Of a stretch of DNA of 64,000 bases, positions 21,839 to 32,123 are shown piece by piece (position 1 is the first letter of the stretch; each line of letters starts with the position of its first letter). Source of the stretch: Candidatus Omnitrophota bacterium (GTDB lineage: Bacteria > Omnitrophota > Gorgyraeia > Zapsychrales > Fredricksoniimonadaceae); NCBI GenBank assembly GCA_044225175.1, contig JBGAJA010000001.1, forward strand, positions 678,711 to 742,710, written 5' to 3'. The position numbers and the translations under genes were made by a program. Under the pieces are notes generated by a model. That model made no database searches and was not told the DNA's origin. It saw only the letters and a program-made list of their open reading frames with translations.

Positions 21839-22906
21839 TTATGATGCAAAGGGTTTTTGATTCTGATCATAAATAGTACGGATATCTTTTTGTATATCTA
21901 AAAATGCCTCTACTATTTTTGGAGCAAAATTTTTCCCGCTACAATTCTTAATCTCAGCTAAAGCATCTTCTACGGTCCATGCTTTTTTATAGGGTCTCAC
22001 TGAAGTTAATGCATCAAACACATCTGCAACTGAGCAAATCTGTCCAACCAAAGGAATATCTTCCCCTCCAATTTTATTAGGATAGCCATTACCATCAAAA
22101 CGTTCATGATGGGTCAAAGCAATCGTTTCTGCCATCTTAAGAAAGGGCGAATTGCTTCCTGATAGAATTTTAGCGCCAATTGTGGTATGAGTTTTAATAA
22201 TATCAAATTCAGCGGGTTCTAACTTTCCTGGTTTAAGCAAAATAGAGTCTGGAATTGCTATTTTTCCAATATCATGAAGCGGAGATGTGTTGAGAATCAT
22301 TTCAGCTTGAGCTGGCGTACTTCCCATGGCTAAAGCTAGTTTTTGGCAATAGAAACTCATGCGGATGATATGATCTCCTGTATCTGTATCACGAAGCTCT
22401 GCTGCATTAGATAAACGACGAATAACATCCACTCGAGTTTGCTTGAGCTCAGTTGTTCTCTTCTCAACCTGAGCTTCTAAAGATAAATTATGATTTTTAA
22501 TTTGTTTATACAAAAGACGGACTTCAATAATATTACGAGCTCGTAAAACAACTTCGCTTGCTAGGTACGGTTTATGTAAGAAATCTTTGGCGCCTGCGGC
22601 TAAGGCCTTAAAACGAGCGCTTTCATCTTCTGCTGAAAGAATCAATATAGGCAAATAATCACCTGGAATAGCGTTAGCTAATTGAGCCATGATATCAAAT
22701 CCTGACATTACCGGCATATTAATATCAAGCAATAGTAAATCAGGCTGAAGTTCTAAGTATAAATCTTTTGCTTTGGTGGAATCAGTTGTAATTGTGATAT
22801 CTATGAAACCTGCTGAGGAAAGTATTTTTTTGAGGATTTGGAGATTAAGGATGTTATCGTCAACAGCTAAAATCTTTGCACCAAGAATTTTCTCTTCTGA
22901 AAGCAC
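21839..22906 (-). CDS. Response regulator with HD-GYP phosphodiesterase output (RpfG-like)
   Basis: 355 aa: REC domain (LLLLDINMP, conserved D) plus HD-GYP (HHERFDGNGYP). Confidence 0.8.
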   Translation of the reverse strand: MLSEEKILGAKILAVDDNILNLQILKKILSSAGFIDITITTDSTKAKDLYLELQPDLLLLDINMPVMSGFDIMAQLANAIPGDYLPILILSAEDESARFKALAAGAKDFLHKPYLASEVVLRARNIIEVRLLYKQIKNHNLSLEAQVEKRTTELKQTRVDVIRRLSNAAELRDTDTGDHIIRMSFYCQKLALAMGSTPAQAEMILNTSPLHDIGKIAIPDSILLKPGKLEPAEFDIIKTHTTIGAKILSGSNSPFLKMAETIALTHHERFDGNGYPNKIGGEDIPLVGQICSVADVFDALTSVRPYKKAWTVEDALAEIKNCSGKNFAPKIVEAFLDIQKDIRTIYDQNQKPFAS

Positions 22907-22916
22907 TTAATCTCCT

Positions 22917-23666
22917 TTATTGGAATTTCCAAGAACGCAGTTTATCTAAAAAGATATCATCCGTCAAGCCGCAACGAACTGCGGTTACTGTAACATATCC
23001 ATTCTTCAGTGCATACGTATCATATGAATTGTCATCCACATGTTTGGGATTTGCTCCTGTCATCCAGAAATAGACTTTTTCATGAGGACTCAAACGTTTT
23101 TCAAATTTCCCAAATATGGGTTCTGCTCCCTGTTTAGTCGGAAGAATACCCTTAATCTTTCCAAGAGGAACATTAACGTTTAAGAATGTGCCTTTTGGTA
23201 ATGTATGTTTGAATGCTAGTTTAGCTAACTTTGCTCCAACTTTGGCTGCCTGAGTAAAATCCGGGTTCTCATGGGTATCTAAGGAAAGTGCAATTGAGTC
23301 AACCCCCATCAAAGCACCTTCTCTTGCACCTGCAACAGTTCCGGAATAAAAGACGCTGCAACCATCATTACCGCCAAAATTAATTCCAGACACAACCAGA
23401 TCAGGTTTCTTGCCTTTAAGAATAACTTCAATCCCAACTTTTACACAATCGGCTGGCTTTCCACTAACGGCATGACCAAAGAATTTATTATTAAGCTTAA
23501 CATCACGAACGAAGAGCGGCTGGTACAAGGTTATTCCATGCCCTACAGAACTTTGCTCATTCTCTGGAGCAACAACGGTTACATCAGCAAATTTAATAAG
23601 CTCTTTATAAATGGCAAGGATGCCAGGAGCAAAAATGCCATCATCATTAGTCAAAAGAATTTTCAT
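22917..23666 (-). CDS. surE: 5'/3'-nucleotidase SurE
   Basis: 249 aa with the N-terminal [11 protein letters not shown] motif (SurE DD metal site). Confidence 0.85.
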   Translation of the reverse strand: MKILLTNDDGIFAPGILAIYKELIKFADVTVVAPENEQSSVGHGITLYQPLFVRDVKLNNKFFGHAVSGKPADCVKVGIEVILKGKKPDLVVSGINFGGNDGCSVFYSGTVAGAREGALMGVDSIALSLDTHENPDFTQAAKVGAKLAKLAFKHTLPKGTFLNVNVPLGKIKGILPTKQGAEPIFGKFEKRLSPHEKVYFWMTGANPKHVDDNSYDTYALKNGYVTVTAVRCGLTDDIFLDKLRSWKFQ

Positions 23667-25468
23667 TAAATACTATACTCCGGATCTAAAACAACAGCTT
23701 TGATCAGAAGATCGACAATTTTTTTGACCGCGGCATCTGATTCTTCATTCTCAATAAGATTTAAGTCAATGCTTGATTCTAAGAATCGGTTCTCTCCAAC
23801 ATTGACAACAAAGGTACGGTTGGGACTATTTAGCTTCTTAAGCATATCTAATTCATATTGATCAATATCTGTGATACTCGTAATCATAATCAGACCTGCA
23901 TCGGTCATAATATGGGCTAACTCACCTAACTGTTCTAAGGCTTCATACTTTCCTAATGTCTTGTCTTTGGAATCGTGAGTGGCTAATGCTAAACGGTTAG
24001 ACACTCCAAGAAAATAAACTTTCTTCTCTAAGTTGAATAATTGTTCTTCAAGAGCTTTGGCAATACGCTGCTTACCCGTATCTATCTTTCCTGTGATCAC
24101 AATAAAAGCAGATTTATGCTGATACTTAGATGATCGAATATCAGGGGTGATATGACTTCTTTCCCATCCATACTCTCTATTCTTAATATGGTTAGAAAGC
24201 AAGCTATCACTATCAAAAACTGGAGCTAAAATAATTCCACCACCGGCAATTTCATAGTTATCAACTAAGACAAAACGTCCTGTTTCAGCAACATCCGTGA
24301 TCAGGTCAAAAGCAATAGGCTTTAAAGTTTCAAAAACCACCTCTCCTACTTCATGCCGGTCGACGTGAGGCTTGTTACTGGAGGCAAGTTCAGCGGCATT
24401 AAGCACATGTAATACTTCAGAAACTACCACCGGCACTTGTTGAGTGGCAATTTTTAACTTATATGTCTTATTCTTAACTAAAGGCTGCTTACCCATCCAA
24501 AAGATATTAGCCTTGAACTTGGATGACACTTGCGGATTCTTCTCAGAAGGCTTAACCATAACCTCACCTGGACGAATGTAAATCTCTGTTTCCATGGTAA
24601 AGCCGGAGCTTTGACCAGCAAATGCTTCTGTACGTGTAGCTCCATTAAAATATTCAATTGTTTTAATACGATTCTTCTTACCAGACGGAAGGAATACAAT
24701 TTCATCACCAAGCTTGATCGTTCCAGTCTCAACACGACCTGCAACAATGCGGCGATCATCCCCTTCTTCTGTGAATTTATAAATATCTTGAACGGGCATA
24801 CGAAAGACTTGCTGGTCCTTAGGAGCTGCCTTTTCAAAGTTATCTAAAACTCCAAGGATAGACTGACCTTTATACCAAGGCATATTTGGTGAAGGACTAA
24901 CCATATTGTCCCCATGAAATGCGGCAATTGGAATAAAACAGTTGGGCTTTAAATCAATTTCATTTAAAAATTTAGTATAATCCGTTTTAATTTGTTCAAA
25001 AACTTTTTGATCATAACCAACTAAGTCCATCTTATTCACACACACAGCCACATTTTTGATTCCAAGAAATCTCATCACATAACCATGGCGTTTGGAGTTT
25101 TCTTTGATTCCCTCATGAGCATCAATGAGCAAAAGTGCTGCCTCAGCACGTGCTGCTCCTGAAATCATGTTCTTTAAAAACTCGATATGCCCTGGAGCAT
25201 CAATAATAATGTAATCACGCTTGGCAGATTTAAAGAAGCTACGGGCCGTATCAATTGTAATCCCTTGGGATTGTTCGTCCTTAAGAGCATCAAGCAAGAA
25301 AGCATACTCAAAAGGCTTAGCATTACGGGCACAATTGGCCTTTACTGCTTCGAGTTTACCATCCGGCAGTGACCCAGTATCAGCCAAAAGCCGTCCAACC
25401 AAGGTGCTTTTCCCATGGTCTACATGCCCTACAATAACCACATTCATTTGTTCGCGCTGAATATTCAT
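23666..25468 (-). CDS. cysN: Sulfate adenylyltransferase subunit 1 (CysN GTPase) fused to a degenerate APS-kinase-like C-terminal domain
   Basis: 600 aa. GTPase G1-G4 motifs (GHVDHGKST; DAPGH; NKMD). The C-terminal about 165 aa align to CysC, but the P-loop reads [10 protein letters not shown] (not GLSGSGKST), the DGDN motif is replaced by LGVSNRL, and the KGLYKKAR lid is absent. Confidence 0.85.
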   Translation of the reverse strand: MNIQREQMNVVIVGHVDHGKSTLVGRLLADTGSLPDGKLEAVKANCARNAKPFEYAFLLDALKDEQSQGITIDTARSFFKSAKRDYIIIDAPGHIEFLKNMISGAARAEAALLLIDAHEGIKENSKRHGYVMRFLGIKNVAVCVNKMDLVGYDQKVFEQIKTDYTKFLNEIDLKPNCFIPIAAFHGDNMVSPSPNMPWYKGQSILGVLDNFEKAAPKDQQVFRMPVQDIYKFTEEGDDRRIVAGRVETGTIKLGDEIVFLPSGKKNRIKTIEYFNGATRTEAFAGQSSGFTMETEIYIRPGEVMVKPSEKNPQVSSKFKANIFWMGKQPLVKNKTYKLKIATQQVPVVVSEVLHVLNAAELASSNKPHVDRHEVGEVVFETLKPIAFDLITDVAETGRFVLVDNYEIAGGGIILAPVFDSDSLLSNHIKNREYGWERSHITPDIRSSKYQHKSAFIVITGKIDTGKQRIAKALEEQLFNLEKKVYFLGVSNRLALATHDSKDKTLGKYEALEQLGELAHIMTDAGLIMITSITDIDQYELDMLKKLNSPNRTFVVNVGENRFLESSIDLNLIENEESDAAVKKIVDLLIKAVVLDPEYSI

Positions 25469-25471
25469 AAT

Positions 25472-26059
25472 TTAATCCATATCCTTCCAAGGCATCATAA
25501 TTCCTTCAACTTTATGAGGAGCAATTAAAGGTTCTGAAAAAGAAGCGGGAAAATTGCGAATGGGACTCTCTATATGAGGCCAACAACATTCCGCGCATAA
25601 TAATTCTGCAGGTTTAGTAATTTCCGTAAACTTGGGGGCTTCTTTTCCCCATTGATAACTACCCTTATCCCAATAGGCAATACTTGCTAAAGACGAACAT
25701 TTCTGACAAGAACCTTGAATAGTATTTAAACCCCTGTCAATTACATCTCCAGCAATATCTGCAAGTTGATATTTCTTTATATCCTCGGGGGTATAATATT
25801 GGTAATAAAAACCTTTTGGGTTCCTGATATTCCAATCAGGATATAACACAATCATTTTTTTGTTAAAGCCAAGAAACACTTGTTTAAATTCACTAATTAA
25901 ATGCTTCCTGCAAAGATCTTTTTCTTTTCCATTTGGATATCGTAAAGTATCCATAGCTTCTTGATCACATCCGGGACATTTTTTACCAAAAGCCCGATGT
26001 AAAACTGTATAAAGGTATAAAAAAATGATAGTGCCAACTATCGCAATTAATACGATCAT
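25472..26059 (-). CDS. Membrane-anchored Cys-rich protein of unknown function (two CxxC motifs plus CAECC)
   Basis: 195 aa with an N-terminal TM, then CPGC ... CQKC ... CAECC. Overlaps the cysD stop and cysN start, so it is embedded in the operon. Confidence 0.45.
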   Translation of the reverse strand: MIVLIAIVGTIIFLYLYTVLHRAFGKKCPGCDQEAMDTLRYPNGKEKDLCRKHLISEFKQVFLGFNKKMIVLYPDWNIRNPKGFYYQYYTPEDIKKYQLADIAGDVIDRGLNTIQGSCQKCSSLASIAYWDKGSYQWGKEAPKFTEITKPAELLCAECCWPHIESPIRNFPASFSEPLIAPHKVEGIMMPWKDMD

Positions 26060-26970
26060 TACATGTACCCTTCTTTACGTAACGTTTCCAAACCCCCGCC
26101 ATCTTCTTTATCCTGGGCGCGGCCGGAGCGTTCGGCAATGTTCTTAAACTTGCCTTCTCTGAGTTCTTTGACAATGTCGGCCACATTCTTAGCTGTGGAA
26201 TCAACAGGTGTTGTGCAAGGGTAGCATCCTAAGGAACGATATCTTTTTCCCTTACCTTGATCGAAGTATAGGTCAGTGATAGGGATCTTTTCACGTTCAA
26301 TGTATTCCCAAATATTAAGTTCAGTCCAGTCCAGCAGTGGATGAATACGAATATGGGTTCCTGGAGCGAAATCCGTCTTGAATTGATTCCAAAGTTCAGG
26401 CGGTTGATCACCTACATCCCAGTCGCTGTTTCTATCTCTTGGAGAGAAATAACGCTCCTTGGAACGACTGCCTTCTTCGTCAGCGCGTGCGCCTACAATG
26501 ACGCCAATATATGGCTCCGTGTTGGTATCCACGTCATATTTGCCTGTTTTGTGATTCAATCTCCAGCGCTGCCATTCTCCTGACAAAGTCTTCTTTAAAG
26601 CCTCGCTTTTAAGCGCTTTGCAGCATGAAATTCTGTCCAAATTACCGTCGGGGAACGTGCGTTTTTCCTTCAAAGCTTGGGTGTTTTGACCAATCACCAT
26701 GTTGAGATTAAATTCCATGGCAAGCTTGTCACGATATTGAATCATCTCTGGAATTTTATAGCTCGTATCAATATGGACTAAAGGAAATGGCACATGGCCA
26801 TAGAATGCCTTGCGGGCAAGCCACAAAAGCACAGTTGAGTCTTTTCCAATCGACCAAAGCATCACCAGTGACTTAAACTCTCTATATGCCTCACGCAGAA
26901 TGTAAACGCTTTGTGATTCGAGTTGATCTAGTTTATCCATTGTTTTTGCCATAATTAAATCCTTCATCAA
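26059..26970 (-). CDS. cysD: Sulfate adenylyltransferase subunit 2
   Basis: 303 aa with a PAPS-reductase-like fold carrying the PP-loop SIGKDS; full-length CysD similarity. Confidence 0.85.
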   Translation of the reverse strand: MMKDLIMAKTMDKLDQLESQSVYILREAYREFKSLVMLWSIGKDSTVLLWLARKAFYGHVPFPLVHIDTSYKIPEMIQYRDKLAMEFNLNMVIGQNTQALKEKRTFPDGNLDRISCCKALKSEALKKTLSGEWQRWRLNHKTGKYDVDTNTEPYIGVIVGARADEEGSRSKERYFSPRDRNSDWDVGDQPPELWNQFKTDFAPGTHIRIHPLLDWTELNIWEYIEREKIPITDLYFDQGKGKRYRSLGCYPCTTPVDSTAKNVADIVKELREGKFKNIAERSGRAQDKEDGGGLETLRKEGYM

Positions 26971-26990
26971 TATCCTCTTTACAGGATCCT

Positions 26991-27767
26991 CTATCTATCA
27001 TGTGTTCTGTCATGATTTTTTAATGATGTTCCCTTCCATTTGGGGTTGTTATGCAGCCCACATTCTTTTTGCTCAGGCTGTTCCCACCACCAGCGGCCTG
27101 CACGGATATCTTCGCCAGGTTTAACCGCTCTGGTACAACAAGCACAGCCGATTGAAATAAAGCCTTGTGCATGCAAAGGGTTCACATCAATCTTTTGTTC
27201 TTGAATATACTTATGCACATCTTCCAATGTCCAATCTGCTAAAGGATTGATCTTAATCTTGCTATTTGCATCATCCCATTCAAAAATCTCCAAATTGGCA
27301 CGAGTTAAAGCTTGTTGTTTACGTAATCCTACAATCCAAGCATCCACATTGATTAAAGCCCTTTGTAAAGGTTCAACCTTGCGGATATGGCAGCATAATT
27401 TACGATTCTCAACACTGTTATAAAACAAATTAATCCCTTTTTCTTGAACCATTGTTTCAAGATGTTGATTGTTTGGATAATAGACTTTGAATTTAACTTT
27501 AGGATATTTCTTCTGATTCTTATCTAAGAGTTCATATGTTTCTTGAAACAATCGTCCAGTATCTAAAGTAAAGATCTCAATAAAAGGAGCCCCCTTGGAA
27601 ATAATATCTGTTATTACCTGGTCTTCTTCACCCAGGCTCGTTGCAAAATTGACCTTATCACCAAACTCTTGGTAGGCTAATCTGATAATGCCCGCAGCAT
27701 CCAATCCCTTAGCTTTTTCATTAAGCTGTTGAATCTTGTCTTTGTTCATATCTTCCTTAAATATCAA
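26991..27767 (-). CDS. cysH: Adenylyl-sulfate (APS) reductase, thioredoxin-dependent, Fe-S type
   Basis: 258 aa. C-terminal ECGLH catalytic motif plus both cluster-binding cysteine pairs that distinguish APS from PAPS reductases ([12 protein letters not shown] matches CCxxRKxxPL; SIGCACCT matches SxGCxxCT). Confidence 0.85.
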   Translation of the reverse strand: MIFKEDMNKDKIQQLNEKAKGLDAAGIIRLAYQEFGDKVNFATSLGEEDQVITDIISKGAPFIEIFTLDTGRLFQETYELLDKNQKKYPKVKFKVYYPNNQHLETMVQEKGINLFYNSVENRKLCCHIRKVEPLQRALINVDAWIVGLRKQQALTRANLEIFEWDDANSKIKINPLADWTLEDVHKYIQEQKIDVNPLHAQGFISIGCACCTRAVKPGEDIRAGRWWWEQPEQKECGLHNNPKWKGTSLKNHDRTHDR

Positions 27768-28182
27768 AACTAATTGTTTTTACTTGCTCACGCTGACGAT
27801 CACAAAGATCAGCAAGACTGACTTCTTTTAGGGTTTGAATAATACTTTGATCGATTTTCTGCCACAAAAGGCTTATCGCATCACCCTTAATTGTTTTACG
27901 CTTCTCTTCATCAAAAGTTCCAAGACCGCCTAATTGTTTAACCACATCAGCTAAGTTAATTTCTTTGGGTGAAACTGCCAATATATAGCCACCTGATTTC
28001 CCTCGAACACTGTGAATATACCCCAAACCTTTTAATGCAATCAAGATATGAATCAAAAATTTCTGTGATACTCCAGCTTTACGGCTAAGACGACTAATTT
28101 GAAGAGGAGTTGTATTAGGCCAATGAAGTCCGAGCTCTAAAAGGGCCCTTACTGCATAATCCATTCTAGCAGAAACTTTCAT
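27757..28182 (-). CDS. Rrf2-family transcriptional regulator (IscR/CymR-like)
   Basis: 141 aa: MKVSARMDYAVRALLEL...wHTH (ISRLSRKAGVSQKFLIHILIALKGLGYIHSVRGKSGGY). Overlaps cysH by 11 bp. Confidence 0.75.
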   Translation of the reverse strand: MKVSARMDYAVRALLELGLHWPNTTPLQISRLSRKAGVSQKFLIHILIALKGLGYIHSVRGKSGGYILAVSPKEINLADVVKQLGGLGTFDEEKRKTIKGDAISLLWQKIDQSIIQTLKEVSLADLCDRQREQVKTISFDI

Positions 28183-28197
28183 AAGCCACCTCTTTCC

Positions 28198-29283
28198 TTA
28201 AATCTCAAACTCATAATAGGTCACATTGCGTAAAGAAACATAGACCTCATCATTTTTCTTTAATGCTAGAGCACGAAATTCATCTTGTGAAATCTCAGCT
28301 TGAATGGGATCGCCATCGCTTGTTATTAAATCAACCTTAACAACGGAACCTGCAGGATTCAAATACTCAATGACGGCCTTTAGAGAAGACTTGTCTTTTG
28401 ATTGACGGGTTATCTCAAACTGATGAGGCCTCACAAAGACATTGGCAGTTTTGGAATTCTTATCCACAGTGGGCAAATCAATGGCTGAACTTCCTACATA
28501 TGCTTTGCCATCCTCTACTCGAGCGTGGAATAGATTAACATTCCCTAAAAAATTTAAAACAAATTTATTGGCTGGTTTATGATAAACCTCATCTGGAGTA
28601 CCAACTTGTTCAACCTTACCCTTATTCATCACCACAATACGATCTGCCACTTCAAGAGCTTCTTCTTGATCGTGAGTAACAAAAAGGGTTGTAATGTGAA
28701 GTTGATCGTGAAAGTGTCTAAGCCAAGTGCGTAATTCTTTACGCACTTGGGCATCTAAAGCCCCAAAGGGCTCATCTAAAAGTAAAACCTTAGGTTCAAT
28801 AGCTAGTGCACGAGCCAAAGCAATGCGTTGACGTTGTCCACCTGATAACTGCCAAGGATATCGATTCCCCACCCAATCCAATTGCACCAAATTCAAAAGT
28901 TCATTAACCTTTGCCTTAATTATTTGCTCGGATGGCCTATTTTTCTTAGGTTTGACCCGTAAACCAAAAGCAATATTATCAAATACGGTCATATGGCGAA
29001 ACAAAGCATAATGCTGAAACACAAATCCAACCCCACGATCCTGGATTTTATGCTCCTTGGTATCTTCCCCATGAAACAAGATCTCCCCCTGTTGTGCATA
29101 TTCAAGCCCCGCAATAATACGAAGCATGGTCGTCTTCCCCGACCCTGAAGGGCCCAAAAGCGCAATCAATTCCCCTGTTTGGACATTCAAACTCACATCA
29201 TCCAAAGCTTTAAAAGCCCCAAAACTCTTTGTAATATTTTTAATTTCAATACTCATAGGATTAATGCCCTCCTTGTCGGGCAA
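28198..29283 (-). CDS. cysA: Sulfate/thiosulfate ABC transporter ATP-binding protein
   Basis: 361 aa with Walker [10 protein letters not shown], signature LSGGQRQR, Walker B LLLDEP and a C-terminal TOBE domain. An alternative start at Met10 (29256) removes the overlap with cysW. Confidence 0.85.
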   Translation of the reverse strand: MPDKEGINPMSIEIKNITKSFGAFKALDDVSLNVQTGELIALLGPSGSGKTTMLRIIAGLEYAQQGEILFHGEDTKEHKIQDRGVGFVFQHYALFRHMTVFDNIAFGLRVKPKKNRPSEQIIKAKVNELLNLVQLDWVGNRYPWQLSGGQRQRIALARALAIEPKVLLLDEPFGALDAQVRKELRTWLRHFHDQLHITTLFVTHDQEEALEVADRIVVMNKGKVEQVGTPDEVYHKPANKFVLNFLGNVNLFHARVEDGKAYVGSSAIDLPTVDKNSKTANVFVRPHQFEITRQSKDKSSLKAVIEYLNPAGSVVKVDLITSDGDPIQAEISQDEFRALALKKNDEVYVSLRNVTYYEFEI

Positions 29284-30142
29284 ACTTCAATTCATGCCGA
29301 TACTTGTATTCAACTAGACTTTTTAGAATTAATGTAACAACCGCTAACATAGCCAATAGTGAAGCTGCGGCAAATGAGGCTGTGAATTGGTATTCGTTGT
29401 AAAGAATTTCAATATGAAGTGGCAACGTGTTTGTCAGGCCGCGGATATGACCAGAAACTACTGAAACTGCTCCAAACTCTCCCATGGCGCGTGCATTACA
29501 TAAAATGACGCCATATAGCAATCCCCATTTGATATTAGGTAATGTGACCAGCCAAAACGTTTTAAATCCACTGGCCCCTAGGGTGATAGCGGCTTCCTCC
29601 TCTTCATTCCCTTGTGACTTCATCAAAGGAATAAGTTCACGAGCTACCATAGGAAATGTCACAAAAATGGTTGCCAAAATGATACCTATAGGAGCAAAGA
29701 TGATCTTAATATCGTGATCCATTAGCCATGGACCTAACAAACCTTGCGCCCCAAACATCAATACATAGATAAGTCCTGAGATTACAGGTGAAACAGACAG
29801 TGGCAAATCAATCAAAGTTAATAGAAAATTTTTCCCATAAAAATCAAATTTGGCAATGGCCCAGGATGCTGCAATTCCAAAGATCAAATTTAAAGGTACT
29901 GCAATGGCGGCTGTTAATAATGTTAATTTGATTGCTGCCACAGCATTGGGTTCAGAAATGGATTGAAAATAAAATGCTAAGCCTTTGTTTAATCCTGTGG
30001 ATATAACTAGTACTAAAGGCATCACCAAGAACAGCCCTATAAAAATTAGGGCAATCGCAATTAAAGTCCATTTGACAATAGCTGGTTCTTTTCGTATTTG
30101 AGACATACTTAATTCATTCCTATTTTTTTCGATGCATACCAC
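29261..30142 (-). CDS. cysW: Sulfate ABC transporter permease
   Basis: 293 aa with 6 TM helices and the EAA-like loop ([21 protein letters not shown]). Confidence 0.8.
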   Translation of the reverse strand: MVCIEKNRNELSMSQIRKEPAIVKWTLIAIALIFIGLFLVMPLVLVISTGLNKGLAFYFQSISEPNAVAAIKLTLLTAAIAVPLNLIFGIAASWAIAKFDFYGKNFLLTLIDLPLSVSPVISGLIYVLMFGAQGLLGPWLMDHDIKIIFAPIGIILATIFVTFPMVARELIPLMKSQGNEEEEAAITLGASGFKTFWLVTLPNIKWGLLYGVILCNARAMGEFGAVSVVSGHIRGLTNTLPLHIEILYNEYQFTASFAAASLLAMLAVVTLILKSLVEYKYRHELKFARQGGH

Positions 30143-30942
30143 TGTAAGAAATTAGTAAATGCAAGAATGACAAAAGACACTAACAGCATCACAACTGCAA
30201 TGGCGGATGCTCCTGTGTAATCATATTGTTCTAATTTGGTTATAATTAAAAGTGGTGCGATTTCCGTTTTACCCGGCATATTGCCTGCAATAAAGACAAC
30301 TGAGCCGTACTCTCCAATACAACGAGCGAAAGCTAGACTAAAACCTGTAAGTACAGCTGGCAAAAGCACCGGGAATATAATCTTTACAAAGGTTTGAAAG
30401 CGATCTGCACCAAGACTTGCCGCTGCTTCTTCTAATTCAGGATCCAAGTCTTCTAAAATTGGTTCAATTGTTCTCACAATAAACGGCAACCCAATAAAAA
30501 TTAAAGCCAATGTAATACCTAAAGGCGAATAAGCTGTTTGAATGCCCATCTTATAAAGATACTGCCCCATCCATCCGTTTTGAGAATAAAGCGATGTTAA
30601 GGCAATACCTGCAACCGCAGTTGGTAAAGCAAAGGGCAAATCAATTAAAGCATCAATGATCTTTTTACCTGGAAATTTATAGCGGGCTAACACCCAAGCA
30701 ATCAAAAATCCAAATACTACATTTACTAATGAGGCAACAAACGCCGCACCAAAGCTTAAGCGATAGGCTGCCAATGTTCTTGGAGATAAAATAACTTCCC
30801 AAAAATCATACCATCCCATGGTGGAAGTCTTAAAAAACAAAAGAGATAAGGGAATTAAGACAATTAAACTTAGGTAAAAAATTGTATAACCTAAGCTTAA
30901 ATTGAATCCTGGTAATGTTGAACGAGTTTTGAGTAAAAACAT
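30109..30942 (-). CDS. cysT: Sulfate ABC transporter permease
   Basis: 277 aa with 6 TM helices and an EAA loop (EAAASLGADRFQTFVKIIFP). Confidence 0.8.
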   Translation of the reverse strand: MFLLKTRSTLPGFNLSLGYTIFYLSLIVLIPLSLLFFKTSTMGWYDFWEVILSPRTLAAYRLSFGAAFVASLVNVVFGFLIAWVLARYKFPGKKIIDALIDLPFALPTAVAGIALTSLYSQNGWMGQYLYKMGIQTAYSPLGITLALIFIGLPFIVRTIEPILEDLDPELEEAAASLGADRFQTFVKIIFPVLLPAVLTGFSLAFARCIGEYGSVVFIAGNMPGKTEIAPLLIITKLEQYDYTGASAIAVVMLLVSFVILAFTNFLQWYASKKIGMN

Positions 30943-31049
30943 AATGTTCTTATAAAATAGGTAAGGACAACTATGAAAGCTGTCCTTACTATGTTGATTA
31001 GCTGGGTTAGAATACTAATAATCTCTTAAGAGATCAACCAAATTTTCTT

Positions 31050-32057
31050 TTAATTCCCATAAATTTGATCAAAAATTCCTTTATCAGCGAAATGTTTCTT
31101 CTGTGCAGCTTGCCATCCACCAAATTCTTGGATTGTAATCAAATTAGACGATTTAAATTGGCTTTCATACTTCTTGGCTACTGATGCCAAGCGAGGCCGA
31201 TAGTAATTCTTCGTGGCAATTTCTTGTCCTTCCTCACTGTAAAGATACTTTAGGTATTCTTCAGCAATTTTTCTTGTGCCATGTTTATCAGCAACACGAT
31301 CAACTAAAGCAACAGGTGGTTCAGCTAGAATACTTAAGGATGGAACAATAATATCAAATTGATCTGGCCCTAATTGATTGACCGCCAGATAGGCTTCGTT
31401 TTCCCATGCCAAAAGAACATCCCCGATTTTTCTTTCAACAAACGTTGTTGTAGATCCCCGAGCTCCGGAATCCAAAACTGGGACATTTTTGAATAAAGCA
31501 GAAACAAATTCCTTACTTTTTACTTCATCACCACCAAATTTCTTCTGAGCATAACCCCAAGCAGCTAGATAATTCCATCTAGCTCCCCCCGAGGTCTTTG
31601 GATTAGCAGTAATCACAGAAATGCCTGGTTTTACTAAATCATCCCAATCTTTAATGTTCTTAGGATTTCCTTTTCGAACTAAAAAAACAATCGTGGATGT
31701 ATAGGGTGTGCTGTTATGTTCTAAACGAGCTTGCCAAGTTTTAGGTAGAAGACCTCCCTTGTCGGCAATATTGTCGATATCATATGCTAAGGCGAGTGTG
31801 ACAACATCAGCATCCAACCCGTCAATTACAGAACGAGCTTGTTTGCCGCTTCCCCCATGAGATTGATTGATCGTCACATCCTGACCACTGACTTCCTTCC
31901 AATGAGCTGCAAAAGCTTTGTTATACTCTTCATAAAGCTCCCGTGTAGGGTCATAGGATACATTTAATAACGTAATTGGTTTGGCTGAAGCTAATCCAGC
32001 TAAACTAAATATAATTGTAAAAATAATCAAACTACTTAACCAATTCTTGCTTTTCAT
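31050..32057 (-). CDS. sbp: Periplasmic sulfate/thiosulfate-binding protein
   Basis: 335 aa with a signal peptide and full-length Sbp/CysP similarity ([25 protein letters not shown]). Confidence 0.85.
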   Translation of the reverse strand: MKSKNWLSSLIIFTIIFSLAGLASAKPITLLNVSYDPTRELYEEYNKAFAAHWKEVSGQDVTINQSHGGSGKQARSVIDGLDADVVTLALAYDIDNIADKGGLLPKTWQARLEHNSTPYTSTIVFLVRKGNPKNIKDWDDLVKPGISVITANPKTSGGARWNYLAAWGYAQKKFGGDEVKSKEFVSALFKNVPVLDSGARGSTTTFVERKIGDVLLAWENEAYLAVNQLGPDQFDIIVPSLSILAEPPVALVDRVADKHGTRKIAEEYLKYLYSEEGQEIATKNYYRPRLASVAKKYESQFKSSNLITIQEFGGWQAAQKKHFADKGIFDQIYGN

Positions 32058-32123
32058 ATAATTCTCTCTTTCTTAATGTTTTATTGTCACTTCTGCCTGC
32101 CGGCAGGCAGGCCCCAGGTTCAT

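Noticed and set aside
24478-24847. Two overlapping ORFs on both strands inside cysN
   Set aside because: Fully internal to a well-supported gene; alternative-frame artefacts.
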